A DNA stretch of 64,000 nucleotides from Mobula hypostoma (Eukaryota), in NCBI RefSeq assembly GCF_963921235.1, contig NC_086108.1, positions 16,182,001-16,246,000 of the forward strand, read 5' to 3'. Every line of letters begins with the position of its first letter. The first letter of the stretch is position 1. Positions 36,656-48,737 of the stretch are shown one piece after another. The notes beneath the pieces are model-generated. The model ran no database searches. It had not been told where the DNA came from and was given only the letters and a program-made list of their open reading frames with translations. Both the position numbers and the translations under genes were made by a program.

Positions 36656-39600
36656 TCATTGTAAAACACAAAACCCAACCCAGGTGCATAAAGCAGTGAC
36701 ATAACTTTGCAGGGCAGTAGAGATCACACCCTGCTCTCCCGGCGCTATATAAGTGAGTCTTTCCGGGGGATGCCTACTCCTCTGAGGCCTCTGTACTTCC
36801 TCTGCTGACTCTCCCTGTTCAGACACCCCAGTTGACCCCTCGGGCCTATCTGACGGACCTTCCCCTTCACCGGGATCCCTCTGCCCCGGTGAGCCCTCTG
36901 GCTCGGGTTCTGCCTCCACCCTCTCCTCCCCCAATCCCGGCTGTAATACAGGCGGCTCTGCAACACCCTCCCCCAATCCCGGCTGTAATACAGGCGGCTC
37001 TGCAACTCCCTCCCCCAATCCCGGCTGGAATACAGGCGGCTCTGCAACACCCTCCCTCGGTTCCCCTGACTCAGTGATGGAAGGGCCAAGAGTCTCTTCT
37101 CCCGGCACTGGGGAATCAGCGAATGGAAGCAGGTACCACACGTCCGAATCATCATCTTCCGATGACGTATCCCTTCTGGAGGTGGGGACCGGCCCCGTTT
37201 TCTTCGCAGCGGGCTCTTTCCGCGCCCTCGCAAAGTCCTCGTAATAGGAGTAAACTCCCATTTGGGCTCTGGGTCCATCTTCACCTCTCGACCCAGAGGC
37301 AACAGGTGGTTCCAATGGAGTACCTTGACAGGCCCCTGCCCGCCCTCAGGTCTCACCCGGTAAACCGGGAGATTCGGCATCTGACTCTCCACCACATAGG
37401 GGGTGGCTGCCCAACGGTCCGCCAACTTGTGCTTACCCTGTAGTCCTAAATTCCGGATAAGGACTCGGTCTCCCGGCAATAGCTGGACAAACTTTACCTT
37501 CTGATCATACCTCCTTTTATTCCGCTGGTTCTGCTTGGTGGCTGCCGCCTCAGCCAACTCGTACGCCCTTTTCAACTCTCTCCTCATATCGGACACGTAC
37601 TTCAGACATGGCTTCGAAGGTATTTCCCCCGCTTCAGTCCCAAAACACAGAGCAATGGGCAACCTCGTTTCCCGTCCGAACATTAGATAGTAGGGCGAGT
37701 ACCCCGTGGCATCATTGCGAGTACAATTGTAACAGTGAACCAAATGGGCAATGGGCTGACTACACTTACTCTTCTGTCCAATCTCCAAGGTGCCGAGCAT
37801 GTCCAGCAGGGTCCGGTTAAACCTCTCGGGTTGAGGATCACCCTGCGGGTGATAGGGGGTGGTTCTGGACTTTCCAACCCCAAGCATATCCAGCAATTCA
37901 TGTTCTCTTGAAGTCCCGTCCCTGATCACTGTGGATCCGCCGGGGAAGGCCATAATTAACAAAGTACTTCTCCCATAACACCTTCGCCACTGTAGTCGCT
38001 TTCTGATCCTTAGTAGGAAAAGCCTACGCATATCTAGTGTAGTGATCCGTGAGGACCAAGACGTTCGCGGTATTGCTGGTGTCTGGCTCAATAGACAGGA
38101 AATCCATGCACACCAGGTCCATGGGTCCCGCACTCTGCAAATGGGGCAAAAGAGCCGCCTGCGCAGGCAAGATCTTCCTCCTGACGCAACGGCTACAGGT
38201 CTTACAGTATTCTTCCACTTCCCCGCTCATCCGGCGCCAGTAAAACCGGTCCTTGACTAATCCATTGGTCTTCTCTACCCCTAAGTGCCCGGAATCATCA
38301 TGTAGAGCCTGGAGCACAGTCTTCCGATACTTCTCAGGCATGACCAGCTGCCAGCGCCGGGGGTGGTCCGGAGGCGACGTGACCCGGTACAGGACGTGGT
38401 TCTTCAGCTTCAACCGGGGCCACTCCTTCAGTAGTAGGGGAACGGAGGCATGTTTCGCCTTCTCCACCTGCCCCATATCACCCTGGCTAACCGCGTACCA
38501 GATAGTGCCAATGCTCGGGTCATCACGCTGAGCCGCCTCTACTTCCTGGGGACTCAACTCCGGCAGCTGCCTGTTCCTCAGAGCAGTCACATTACAGTAA
38601 ACAGTGGGCAGCGCGTCATCGTCAGCCCCCAGTTGATCTACTGCCCGATCCGTTCCCATCTGTACTCCGACTACCCCGTCGCTCCCAACTTGACACATGG
38701 CCTTTACTCCCTGGGCGGGGACACTCTTCCACTCCTCGGCCGTGCCCGACTCGTCGTGCGCCCGACGAGACAGGGCATCTGCATCGATGTTCCGACTCCC
38801 CGGGTGGCACTTCAGGCTGAACTCATAGGCAGACAAGGCTGCTAACCACCGGTGCCCAGTAGCGTCCAGCTTCGCCGAGGTCAGGATATAAGTGAGGGGG
38901 TTGTTATCAGTTCTCACCTCAAACTGGGCCCCATATAGGTAGTCATTCAACCTGTCCACCACCGCCCATTTCAACGCCAAGAACTCCAGCTTGTGAGTGG
39001 GATAGTTTCTCTCAGATGGCGACAAACTCCGACTGACAAACGCTACCGGCCTCAATCCGTTTCCCTATTCCTGGTACAGAACAGCCCCCAGACCGTCGTG
39101 ACTGGCATCAGTGTGTAGAACATACGGCTTCCGGGGATCAGCAAATGCCAACACTGGGGCCTGCGTCAGCGCCCTTTTTAGAGATTGGAACGCCTCCTCA
39201 CATTGAGCATCCTACCTCAATCCAAAAGGCTCTCCCGGGTTCAAGTATCCTCCTACCTCCGACCCTCGGTCTCCCTTCCTCCTCCTCCCCACAGGTGGAT
39301 AGCCACACAGCAGCTGGTTCAATGGATGACTCATTTTCGCATATCCTTTCACGAACCGCCGGTAATATCCGCAAAACCCCAAAAACGAGCGTAAGGCGCG
39401 CACCTTCTGAGGTCTCGGCCAGGTGGTGACTGCGGCTATCTTATCCGGATCGGTGGCCACTCCATTTCGCGAGATTATGTGCCCAACATAACTGACTGAC
39501 GTTTTGCAGAACTGACATTTATCCAGGGAAAGTTTTAACCCTTCCTCCTTCAGCCGACTCAGCACCTTCAGCAGCCGCTCCTCATGTTCCTCCAACGTAG

Positions 39601-41158
39601 ATCCAAACACTATCAGGTCGTCCAGGTACACCAATACCTCCAGCAGGTTCATGTCCCCCACTGTCCGCTCCATGAGCCGCTGGAAGGTGGCTGGGGCCCC
39701 CGAGATGCCTTGGGGCATTCGTTCGAACTGGAAAAACCCCAGGGGGCAGATAAAGGCCGTCTTCTCCTTATCAGTCTCGCTCATCGGAATCTGGTAATAC
39801 CCACTCCGCAAATCCAATACACTGAACCACTGTGCACCACTCAGACAGGCCAATGCGTCTTCCACCCTCGGGACCGTATATTGGTCGGGAACAGTGCGCC
39901 GGTTCAGGGTCCTATAGTCCACGCACATGCGTACCTTCCCATTTTTCTTCCTGGCCACCACTATGGGGGACGCATAGGAGCTTCGGGACTCCGCGATAAT
40001 CCCTGCATCCTTCAACTGCCGCAAGTGCTGCCGCACATCTTCCACATCTGCTGGGGCCAACCGCCGCGACCTCTCTCTAAACGGGGTGTCATTTGTTACC
40101 CGAATGGTGTGCCGAGTGCTCTTGGAACATCCCACATCAAACTCGTCCTGAGAAAAGACATCCCCTAGCTTCAGCATCTTCTCCACCAGCCTGCTCTTAT
40201 ACTCCAGCGGTACAGGGGAGTTTTCAAAATTAAACGCCTCCTCGGTCAGCCGCCCCCCGTTTCCCAATAGTTTCCCTCCAGTGGGCTTCACGGGGGCGCT
40301 GGACATCATTGTCACCGGGAACAAGTGCGCAAGGAGCATCCCGCGCTTAAAGGTGATCTCCCGCTCCGTTATGTTCCTCACCATCACCCCCATCCGCCGT
40401 GCCTGTACAGCTGAGGGCCTCTGCAATTCAGGTCTCACTAGCGCCCCAGCCGGGAACCGGGACTCCCTTTCCAGGTCGTCGGGGGCGTCTACTAGCAGGG
40501 CCTCGCCCGGCGGTAATCCGGGGAATCTGGGGGTCCCCATCACTAATGCCTCCTCCCCTGGCCGTATCACCTTAGGCCTCGCCTGAGTGCACCACACCGT
40601 CCCTCGTTTGCACTCAGGATCCAGCCCCTGGGGGTCACTCACTCCTTCGTACACCGCTCGGAACACGGGGTGTACCGAGAGGGTCTCCAAAAAGTTCTCT
40701 CCCCTCCCCTTCTTTTTACAGGCTCCCAAGAGCCGTCGCACCAGAGGGGAGTTAGTCCCCACCAACAGGGCAGCACCACCGGTCTCCACCGGGTCCGGAC
40801 AAACCAACACCAGCGTCTCAAAGGCTTCCGATACTCCCACATCTCCCTCCGAAAATTCCAATCTCACTGACAAGTATCCATCGTACGGGTAATCACCATC
40901 ACTTATGCCTCAAATCTCCAATGCTTTAAACGGAGTGACTGCCAAATGTTTCAGATATTTGTTGTAGAACGACCGGTACAGTAAGGTAACCTGCGACCCG
41001 GTGTCAAGGATGGCTTTCGCAAAGATTCCCTCTATCCGTAGGGACACGCTGGAACGGGGTCCCTCCAGTCCATCAGGAATTTGTGCTTGTTCTTTCCGGG
41101 GTTCCATAGCGGTTTTCTGGGAACGTGTTCCTCCCGAGACTCCAGTCCGTTCCCTCAA
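36656..41158 (-). pseudogene. Gypsy pol (protease, RT, RNaseH, integrase), disrupted
   Basis: AILDTGSQV; LDLRSGYYQI, YLDD; RPVAFVSR, VRTDNNPL; HDDSGHLG..CKTCSRC, CMDFL, YHPQGDPQPERFNRTL. Split by a stop at 40910 and several frameshifts. Confidence 0.93.
36925..37055 (-). repeat. 39-bp tandem repeat (about 3 copies) in the integrase C-terminal tail
   Basis: Encodes EGVAEPPV(L/F)QPGLG three times. Confidence 0.9.
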
Positions 41159-42450
41159 TGAGCCTCTCCTAAGTTTCCCGACACCTCTCCCTTCTTAGTG
41201 ACCCGGGGGCCCTCCCCCCTCGGCGCATCTCGTCTCTCACAATCCTTCCGCATGTGGCCAGCTTCCCCACCGCGGTAGCACGCCCCCGGCCACTTACATT
41301 CCCGGCGGAAATGCCCCTCTCTCCCACAGTTATAGCACCCACTACTCGCCGCCTCTCTCCTCCCGATACGGCCCCCTGGAGACCCCTTGGATTTCTCTGG
41401 TATCACCCCGACTACCACCTCCTGAACCGCTGAAGACCGTCCCTGAGGGTCCGAGCCCCCTGGTCGGCCCAAAGCACACTCCTCGGCCCGTACCTCTCGG
41501 ATCAGCTGTCCGAATGATGGAGGGGGGCTCTGCTTAAGTGACTGTCGTACACTCCAAGCCACTCTGTCATCCCCCCGGGAACCGCTACATATCTGTCTCA
41601 TCCTTAACTCCGCCACTTCGTCCTCCTTCACTACCCCTCGTCGCAGCAACCCCGTAAGCTTTCCTTCCAGCCTGAAAGCATAGTCTGAGAGCTTTTCCCC
41701 TCTTCTCTGCCCCATCCGTTCCGCTAAATGCCGCCAGGGATCCCCTGACAGTCCAAACACTTCCTCCAAAGCGTCCAAACACTCCGACAGGGAAGCCAAG
41801 GGGCGTGCCGCTCTCAGATCGCGGACCACCCGGGCCGCCCCGCCCCTTAAGCTTTTCACCAATCGCTGTCTCTTTTCCTCATCCGAAACTGGCCACACCT
41901 CTAACAATTGGGATGTATCTTCAACATCCTCCCCTTCCGGGGTGGGCTTGGCTCCCGAGAAAATTCTCAGCTTCGGGCAGTGCCCCTCAACCCTTCTCGC
42001 CAGGGAGGTAATGGCGGCCGTTAACTCGGCAGTCTCATCCCGCCCATGGGGGCCGGGCCTGGCCAAACCTTCCCACTCCACACCTCCACCCCTGGCTACT
42101 GGCACCTCCCTTGGGGCCTCATCTAGCTCCTTCTCCTCTGGCACCTCCTCACTTGCGTCCTTGGGGAGAGTGTGGAGACCCCACGGCCCCGCCTCCCCCG
42201 GGACATGGACTGTCGCTGGTAGTTCCAAAGTCATGACGTTGGCACTCGTCCGCACCAACATCCAGCTAGCCTCCAGTTCTTTCCCACCTCTTCTAGCTAC
42301 AAGTTCTACCTGCCCGATACCTTTAATCAAACTCAACCCTCGCACCAGTACCTCTGCCGGAATGCGATAATCGACCCCGCTTACCACACATGCATGATTC
42401 ACTGGTACCTCCTCCAATTCACACCAACTTACAATCTTATCTCGATCCAT
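41155..42450 (-). CDS. Gypsy gag (PNMA-like, with CCHC zinc knuckle)
   Basis: Open frame from ATG (MDRDKIVSW); LRIFSG..P, KRQRLVKSLRGGA, QRRGEKLSDY..RLE, CYNCGREGHFRREC and a second degenerate knuckle. Confidence 0.85.
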   Translation of the reverse strand: MDRDKIVSWCELEEVPVNHACVVSGVDYRIPAEVLVRGLSLIKGIGQVELVARRGGKELEASWMLVRTSANVMTLELPATVHVPGEAGPWGLHTLPKDASEEVPEEKELDEAPREVPVARGGGVEWEGLARPGPHGRDETAELTAAITSLARRVEGHCPKLRIFSGAKPTPEGEDVEDTSQLLEVWPVSDEEKRQRLVKSLRGGAARVVRDLRAARPLASLSECLDALEEVFGLSGDPWRHLAERMGQRRGEKLSDYAFRLEGKLTGLLRRGVVKEDEVAELRMRQICSGSRGDDRVAWSVRQSLKQSPPPSFGQLIREVRAEECALGRPGGSDPQGRSSAVQEVVVGVIPEKSKGSPGGRIGRREAASSGCYNCGREGHFRRECKWPGACYRGGEAGHMRKDCERRDAPRGEGPRVTKKGEVSGNLGEAH

Positions 42451-42500
42451 CTTCACACCACTTACCACAACAACAAGTACAACTTTCCTGAAAAGTCCAA

Positions 42501-42518
42501 ATCCCGGACGAGCCCCCA
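42501..42518 (-). promoter_or_regulatory. Primer binding site, tRNA-Pro
   Basis: Exact TGGGGGCTCGTCCGGGAT, 2 nt inside the 5' LTR. Confidence 0.95.
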
Positions 42519-42520
42519 CT

Positions 42521-43129
42521 TGTAACGTTCCGTTATATTGGCTCGTGTATGTCTAGGGGAAATCCAGCCCAGCATCCGCCTCAACACTCCCCTCAGGGTC
42601 AGTTGCCGCCCGAATCAATCACAAACATCAATCATCAGCCAGCACACCCAGTGAATTTTAACAAATACACTTTATAGATATTACTAATTCTATGACATTA
42701 ATATACATTTGATACAGAGAGGAAAGTAATGGGAAAAAAAAGGCGCCAACACTTATCAAAGTCCAAGTTCTTTACACGCTACGTTGGAGTTCAATTCGAC
42801 TTCAGACGACCACCCAAATTCCGTCGACTCAGGGCTCGGGACCACCCTGAGTGATCGACCGGAGCCTCTCCACATGTCCGCGGTCTTCCTCGTCTCTCCT
42901 CCAACTCCCCGCCAAAACTCAGTCCACAGTCATATCATACAGCATGGTATCCGAAAACAAAACGATATATAACCACTCATTGGCTAATAGAACCCTGTTA
43001 TCTCATTTTAAAGTAAAACAAACTGTTAGCGCAAACTCTCTTCAGGTTTAAAGCACAACAAAGCCGCATTCCCCAGATTAACATAACAAAGTCGCCATTT
43101 TAAATGTAACAAAAGAAAGACCCCGTACA
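42521..43129 (-). repeat. Gypsy 5' LTR
   Basis: TG...CA; direct repeat of 35989-36596. Confidence 0.96.
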
Positions 43130-44359
43130 TTTATATGTGATTTCACATTTTAGACGGCTGAAATTGTCGGCTTTGTGGCCAAATTTGCAGATGACACAAA
43201 GATAGGTGGAGGGGCAGGAAGTGTTGGACAAGCAGGACTTGGGACAGGGAGAATGGGCAAAGAAGTGGTAGATGGAATGTAGTATAGTGAAGTGTATGGT
43301 CATGCACATCGGTAGAAGGGATAAAGGCACTAACTACTTTCTAACAGGGAGAAAATTCAAAATCAGAGCTGCAAGGCAACTCGGGAATCCTCATGCAGGA
43401 AGAATTTATTAGGGAGTGATCATTTCTTGATCAAGTGTGTGGTAGGTGTGGAGTTGTATAGGACTGTGAGCTCTTCTGTTCTTAGATGGAACAGATGCTG
43501 AGTTGCAGGTTGAGTCGATGGTAAGGAAGGCAAATGCAATGTTAATATACATTTTGAGGATTAGAACATAAAAGCAAGGACGTGATGCTGAGGCTTTAGA
43601 AGGCACAATACTCAATGCACCCTTTGAGTATTTTGAGCAGTTTTGGACCCCTTATCTAAGGTAAAATATGCTGGCATTGCAAAGGATCCAGAGGTGGTTC
43701 ACGGGAATGATTATGGGAATGAAGGGGTTAATGCATAAGGAGTGTTTGATGCCTCTGGGCCCATACTCACTGGAGTTTAGAAGAAAGAGTGAGGATCTCA
43801 TTGAAACCTATTGAATATTGAAAGGCCTAGACAGAGTGGATGTGAAGGGGATGTTTCCTATAGTGGGTGAGTCTAGGATCAGAGGGCCTCAGAATAGAGG
43901 AACATCCATTTAGAACAGAGATCAGAAGGAATTTTGTTTTGCCAGAGTATGGTGAATCTGTGGAATTCATTGACATGGATGGCTGTGGAGCCCAAGTCAT
44001 CATATGTTTAAAGGGGAGGTTGATAGGTTAGTAAGTGTCAAAGGTTATGGGGAGAAGGCAGGAGAATAGGGTTGAGAGGGAAAGATGTTGTTAAGCTTGC
44101 AAATGAAGACAAGAATTAAAAGGTTGGGCATGGTGGGAATAATGTTCTGAGTTGTGTCTATTTCAATGCAAGTATTGTAGGCAAGGCAGATGAGCTTAGA
44201 TCATGGATCAGCACATAATATTATGAGATTGTAGCTATTGGTAAGACTTGGTTGCAGGAGGTTGACAGGCAGCTCGATTTTCTGCTCAAAGTTCCGCTGT
44301 TTTACACGTGATAGAGCAGGAGGTATTAAAGGGGTGGAGTGGCATTAGTAGTCAGGGAA

Positions 44360-45045
44360 AGCAGCATCTACAGAAACGAGTAAACAGTCAAATGTTTGGG
44401 CAGAAACCCTTCATCAGGACTGGAATAAAGTGATGAGAAGACAGATGTGCTTGGTGGTTGGATCCTGTTGGAAATTGTGGAAGTTACGAAGAATTATGTG
44501 TGGATGCAGAGGTTGTTTAGGTGGTGGACGAGGACAAAACGAACCCTATTCCTGGTAGGGTGGCAGGTGGATGGAGTGAGGACAGACGTGTGAAATGGAA
44601 AAGATGTGGTTGAGGGCAGCATTGATGATGGAGGAAGGAAAGCCCTTCTCTTTGAAGAAGGAGAATGTCTCATTAATTCTGGAATAAAAAGCTTCACGCT
44701 GAGAGCAGATTTTGGAATTGAGAGAAGGGGATAGCGTTTTTACAAGTGACGGGGTGGGAAAAGGTATAGACCAGGTAGCTGTCAGAATCAGTGGGTTTAC
44801 AGAAACTGTCTCCAAAGATATCTTCCATGGCTCTCTGTCCTCTCCTATCAGATTCCCCCTTCTCCAGCTCTTCATCTCTTTCACCAATCGACTTCCCAGC
44901 TCTTTACTTCAGCCCTCCCACTCTCCCAGTTTCACCAGTTATCTACTACCTTATACTTCTTCCTCCCCTCCCCCTACCACCTTCTTACTGTCTTCTCATC
45001 ACTTTTTTCCAGTCCTGATGAAGGGTCTCGGCCTAAAACATCTCT
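44360..45045. mobile_element. Penelope-like fragment with inverted terminal segments
   Basis: Minus-strand Penelope end plus RT-thumb remnant (44360-44810) joined to a plus-strand copy of the terminal region ending CCTGATGAAGGGTCTCGGCC. Confidence 0.7.
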
Positions 45046-45526
45046 TCCATTTCACAAGATATCCAGGATCTTGGGGGGTAAAGACAAGGTGTAAGTACAG
45101 TCTCCCCCTCCCCCAAAAAAAAGTGGTGCTAAAATTAAGGGGGCATGGGTTTAAGATTAGAGGCAAGAGATTTAAAATGGACATCAGGGCAGCTTCTTCA
45201 CGCAAAGGGTGATATATATTTGGAATGGGCTGCCAAAAATATTGTTTGAGGCAGGGACATTAGCAGTGTTTATGTGCCATCTAGAAAGTAGATGGATTGG
45301 AAAGGTTTAGAGGGCTATGAGTCAAACACAGGCAAGATGGGACTAGCTTACTGGGCAACACAGTTGGTATGACAAGTTTGGCTAAAGAACCTGGTTTCAT
45401 GCTGTAAGAGTAGAATAATGACGTTTTCACTATGCCACTCGACCTGATCAGGGAGGAGATTGTTCTCAACCATACTGCTGATGAGAAAAGAAATGAATAC
45501 TGAATCGGCTTAGAAATCAATAGTGA

Positions 45527-45532
45527 TTTATT
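45527..45532 (-). terminator. Candidate CEP350 polyadenylation signal (implies a ~3 kb 3' UTR)
   Basis: AATAAA on the minus strand with T-rich sequence downstream, at the boundary between mostly unique AT-rich UTR-like sequence and dense repeats. Other AATAAA candidates exist. Confidence 0.4.
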
Positions 45533-48500
45533 TACAAAATTCTTAAGTATTAATAAGTCAATTTGTTATCAAATATATATATTATAGTTATATATACACA
45601 GAAAAACCTATTTTACATTTCCATACTGCACACATTGGCCCTTCCCATAAAATTACAAAAGGGAAGGGAATTGCCTCAGATAGGAATGCTCAACCAGTAT
45701 TTACACACATTCACACAACTATACAAATACACAGTCAAGTACTCCTTTGTATAGCTCTGCACTATAAAGTACACATAGGCAAATCCCCTTGTGTTTGTCT
45801 ACCCAGCAGAGTAACAGAGACTGAGCACACGTAATGGGGAGACAAGGAACAGCACTGAGCACAGCAGCATTTGAACTCCTAGTTCTAAATAAATAGGTTT
45901 CATTCTCTTATTGTGTCATCGAGCAGCCAAGAACTTGTGCCTTGCATACACAGCACTGGCTTTCTCAAGTATATAAGTAACTAAGGCAATCATTTTAAAC
46001 TCGAGCCCTATGGATAAACTGGTCACAACTTCCCTGAACAGGCTGCGAATTAGAACACTATAATTACTGAGTAAGTTGTGTTTATTAATTATTGGCTTGG
46101 ATCCTGTGGTTTGCATTTCAACCTGTATCTGAAGGAAGAGTGTTACCCCATCAGTCAATGAACATGGGGTGTTTGTTCAGTAGCAAATAGTTTGGTAAGA
46201 AGCACGTTTGCAAATTTGCTCCAGTTCCTTTGGTACTCTGCTAATTGTTGGAGAGGAGGGTGGAGGAGAGAGGCAGGGGAGATGAGAGGGTTGATGTTAC
46301 CCTATCTAGAATTTCAGTTTTTACTGCAATATTTTATTTTATTTAGAGATACGGCGCAGGATAGGTTATTCCAGCCCTTTGAGCTGCACCACTCAACAAC
46401 CCCCAATTTAATTTAATCACTGACAATTAACGATGACCAATTCACCTGCCAACCTGTATGTCTTTGGACTGTGGGAGGAAGCTGGAGACCTTGGAGAAAA
46501 CCCACGCGTTCCATGTCCTTACAGATGACTTCGGAACTGAACTCCGAAATCTGACACCCTGAGCAGTAATAGTGCCGCATACCAACTCTGCCTAGTTGTT
46601 AACCCACCAACTCTTGACCAAACACTAGCATTGCTGTTGATGTGGGTTAAGGCAGTAAGTCAGCAATCTACTAAATTAAATAAGTGAATAGAAACCTGGT
46701 CAATATTGTGCAATGAACAGAAGAGATTTGGCATCATTGTCAAGTTGAGCATTGCTGAACTTGCTTGTCTGTTCAGTACTTGCTCGACCTAAGCTTCATT
46801 ACACTATGGATGGTACTTAACCCTGCTTAGTGATTACTTCTCCCCTCAGGTGTCAAGGCATCCAATGTGCATGGAAATCCACACTGCACTGCTGTGCAGA
46901 AATTGCACCTCTGTAAAATTTGCTCCTAACCAAAATCCATTCTTTTGTTTTTGCTCAAAAGAGAATGTTTCTCCTTTAAACTGCATTTCCTTGGACTTCC
47001 AATAGAAAATGCTGTTCCGGCTGACTGGTGAAAGTTAATTTTATTACTTGAACAGATGCCCCAGTTCTGATCATGAGGTAAGGAAAGATGTTTACTGAAT
47101 ACTAAAATACTATTTAATAACCAGGTTAAAAAGCAATCTGAAAGATTGTTTACCTCCTCCAGTGAGTGAAGCAGTTCCAACCCACAAACTGTTCTATGAT
47201 ATTGAGCAGCTGAGCCTTTGATGTTTGAGGATCGATCTCAATGATCCCCAGACTATCTCCACATGACCATCTTTCCCTAAAACAGAGACTTGATGAAGTA
47301 AATGGTTTACTATGCAATCCTGTCTCCCACTAATTTTACCTGCAATATTTTCTCCCCAGTTCCCATCCCACCTACACACTAGGGGTACTTTACATCAGCC
47401 CCATTAATAACTAACCCCAAAAAACTTTGTAATGTGGGAGGAACCCCATACAGTAACAGGGAGTCCATGCAAGTTCTGCAAATAGCATCTGAGGTCTGGA
47501 TTAAACTTGGGTGATTGGAGCTGTGAGGAAGCTGTTCCAGGAGCTGAACACCGAAAAGGAAATGTTCAGCCAGCATCCCAACTCGAGTAAGCCTTATTGA
47601 AAAATATCACCATTCTCCTCATCAAAACCAGTGTTTCTCAACCATTCATTAAGCATCTTGCACTCACCGTCAAAGATAGAGGCAGTAGCACCTTAGATAT
47701 AATATCACTGAAAAAAAGAGTGCAAACTGGAAAGCAACCAACTTCTCTCAATGTGTGTCATGTCATGTACAGTGAGGTCATTTTTGTGTTCCTCAGGTAA
47801 AGGAATCTGCGATCTAGCATCCATGACTACCTCTCTCCATCTACTAAAGAATCATTCTTTAGGTGCAGTTTTACCTTGGAGTGCAGTGTACAAACGAGTG
47901 CAAGGAACAACGCTGCACTGATTCACTTCCAAGTCAAGATGCTGTGATCCAAATTACAGTTCTTTAAGAAAACAGCTCCTGAACTAACAAGTGATCTCAA
48001 AGGTGCAACATTTCCTAGAATGAACTCAGTAGGGCCCATTTAATTGAATAAAACACTATGCTTTCTTTGAAAATAACTTAAAACAGAAAAGGTTAATGAA
48101 GAAGCTATGTCAAAAATCTTTTTGTCCTCCACTTCAATCATGCAGATACACTTCTAGCTCAGAGATCCTGTTTACTTTCAATGCATGTTGAGAGTCATCA
48201 ACTCTCAGAGCTAGCAAAACACCAAACACAGAAACCATAGCACCTCCAGATACATGGTCACATTTTTAAAAAGTAAACAGGCATAAATCAGAACAAAATT
48301 AATGTGCAAACTTCTCAATTCAAAACTATGCTACAGTTTAGATAAATAAATGGAACAATAACAAATAAAGAAGGGAAGGGAAAATTGGCACTTCTGGCTT
48401 CCACACGCTGCCTACTTCACGATGAGGTCAGTATGATAAATCATCTTCTCATTCACAAACCAACATGCCAGGTGACAACCCACTGGATGGGATAGGTTCA

Positions 48501-48572
48501 CAGGCTGAAGGTCAGCTTGCTGACATGCTTGAGTTCTTAATGTAGTTTAGTCATGTGATGGTGTGACTGCAG

Positions 48573-48737
48573 TTAAGATGCAGTAAGCTTCGATCGTTTC
48601 TCTTGAATCTGATTAAGTACATTTACTGTGTCTTTAATCAGGGCATCAAAAATTCCATCTGCCAACTGCATCTTCACACACAACTCGTCTTCATCATAAT
48701 TGACCCATTGAGCTTCTTCCTCGTGAAGTTCCTGGAC
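48573..48737 (-). CDS. CEP350: CEP350 terminal coding exon
   Basis: gcag|VQELHEEEAQWVNYDEDELCVKMQLADGIFDALIKDTVNVLNQIQEKRSKLTAS*; conserved CEP350 C-terminus. Confidence 0.96.
   Translation of the reverse strand, partial: VQELHEEEAQWVNYDEDELCVKMQLADGIFDALIKDTVNVLNQIQEKRSKLTAS

Larger units (their letters stand above)
35989..43129 (-). mobile_element. Full-length Ty3/Gypsy LTR retrotransposon (mildly decayed)
   Basis: LTRs 35989-36596 and 42521-43129, TSD TTTA, PBS-Pro, PPT at ~36597-36610; domain order gag-PR-RT-RH-INT. Confidence 0.97.

Noticed and set aside
35989..43129. Endogenous retrovirus interpretation because of the MLV-type PBS-Pro
   Set aside because: RT, RH and integrase motifs are Ty3/Gypsy type, and there is no env ORF between integrase and PPT.
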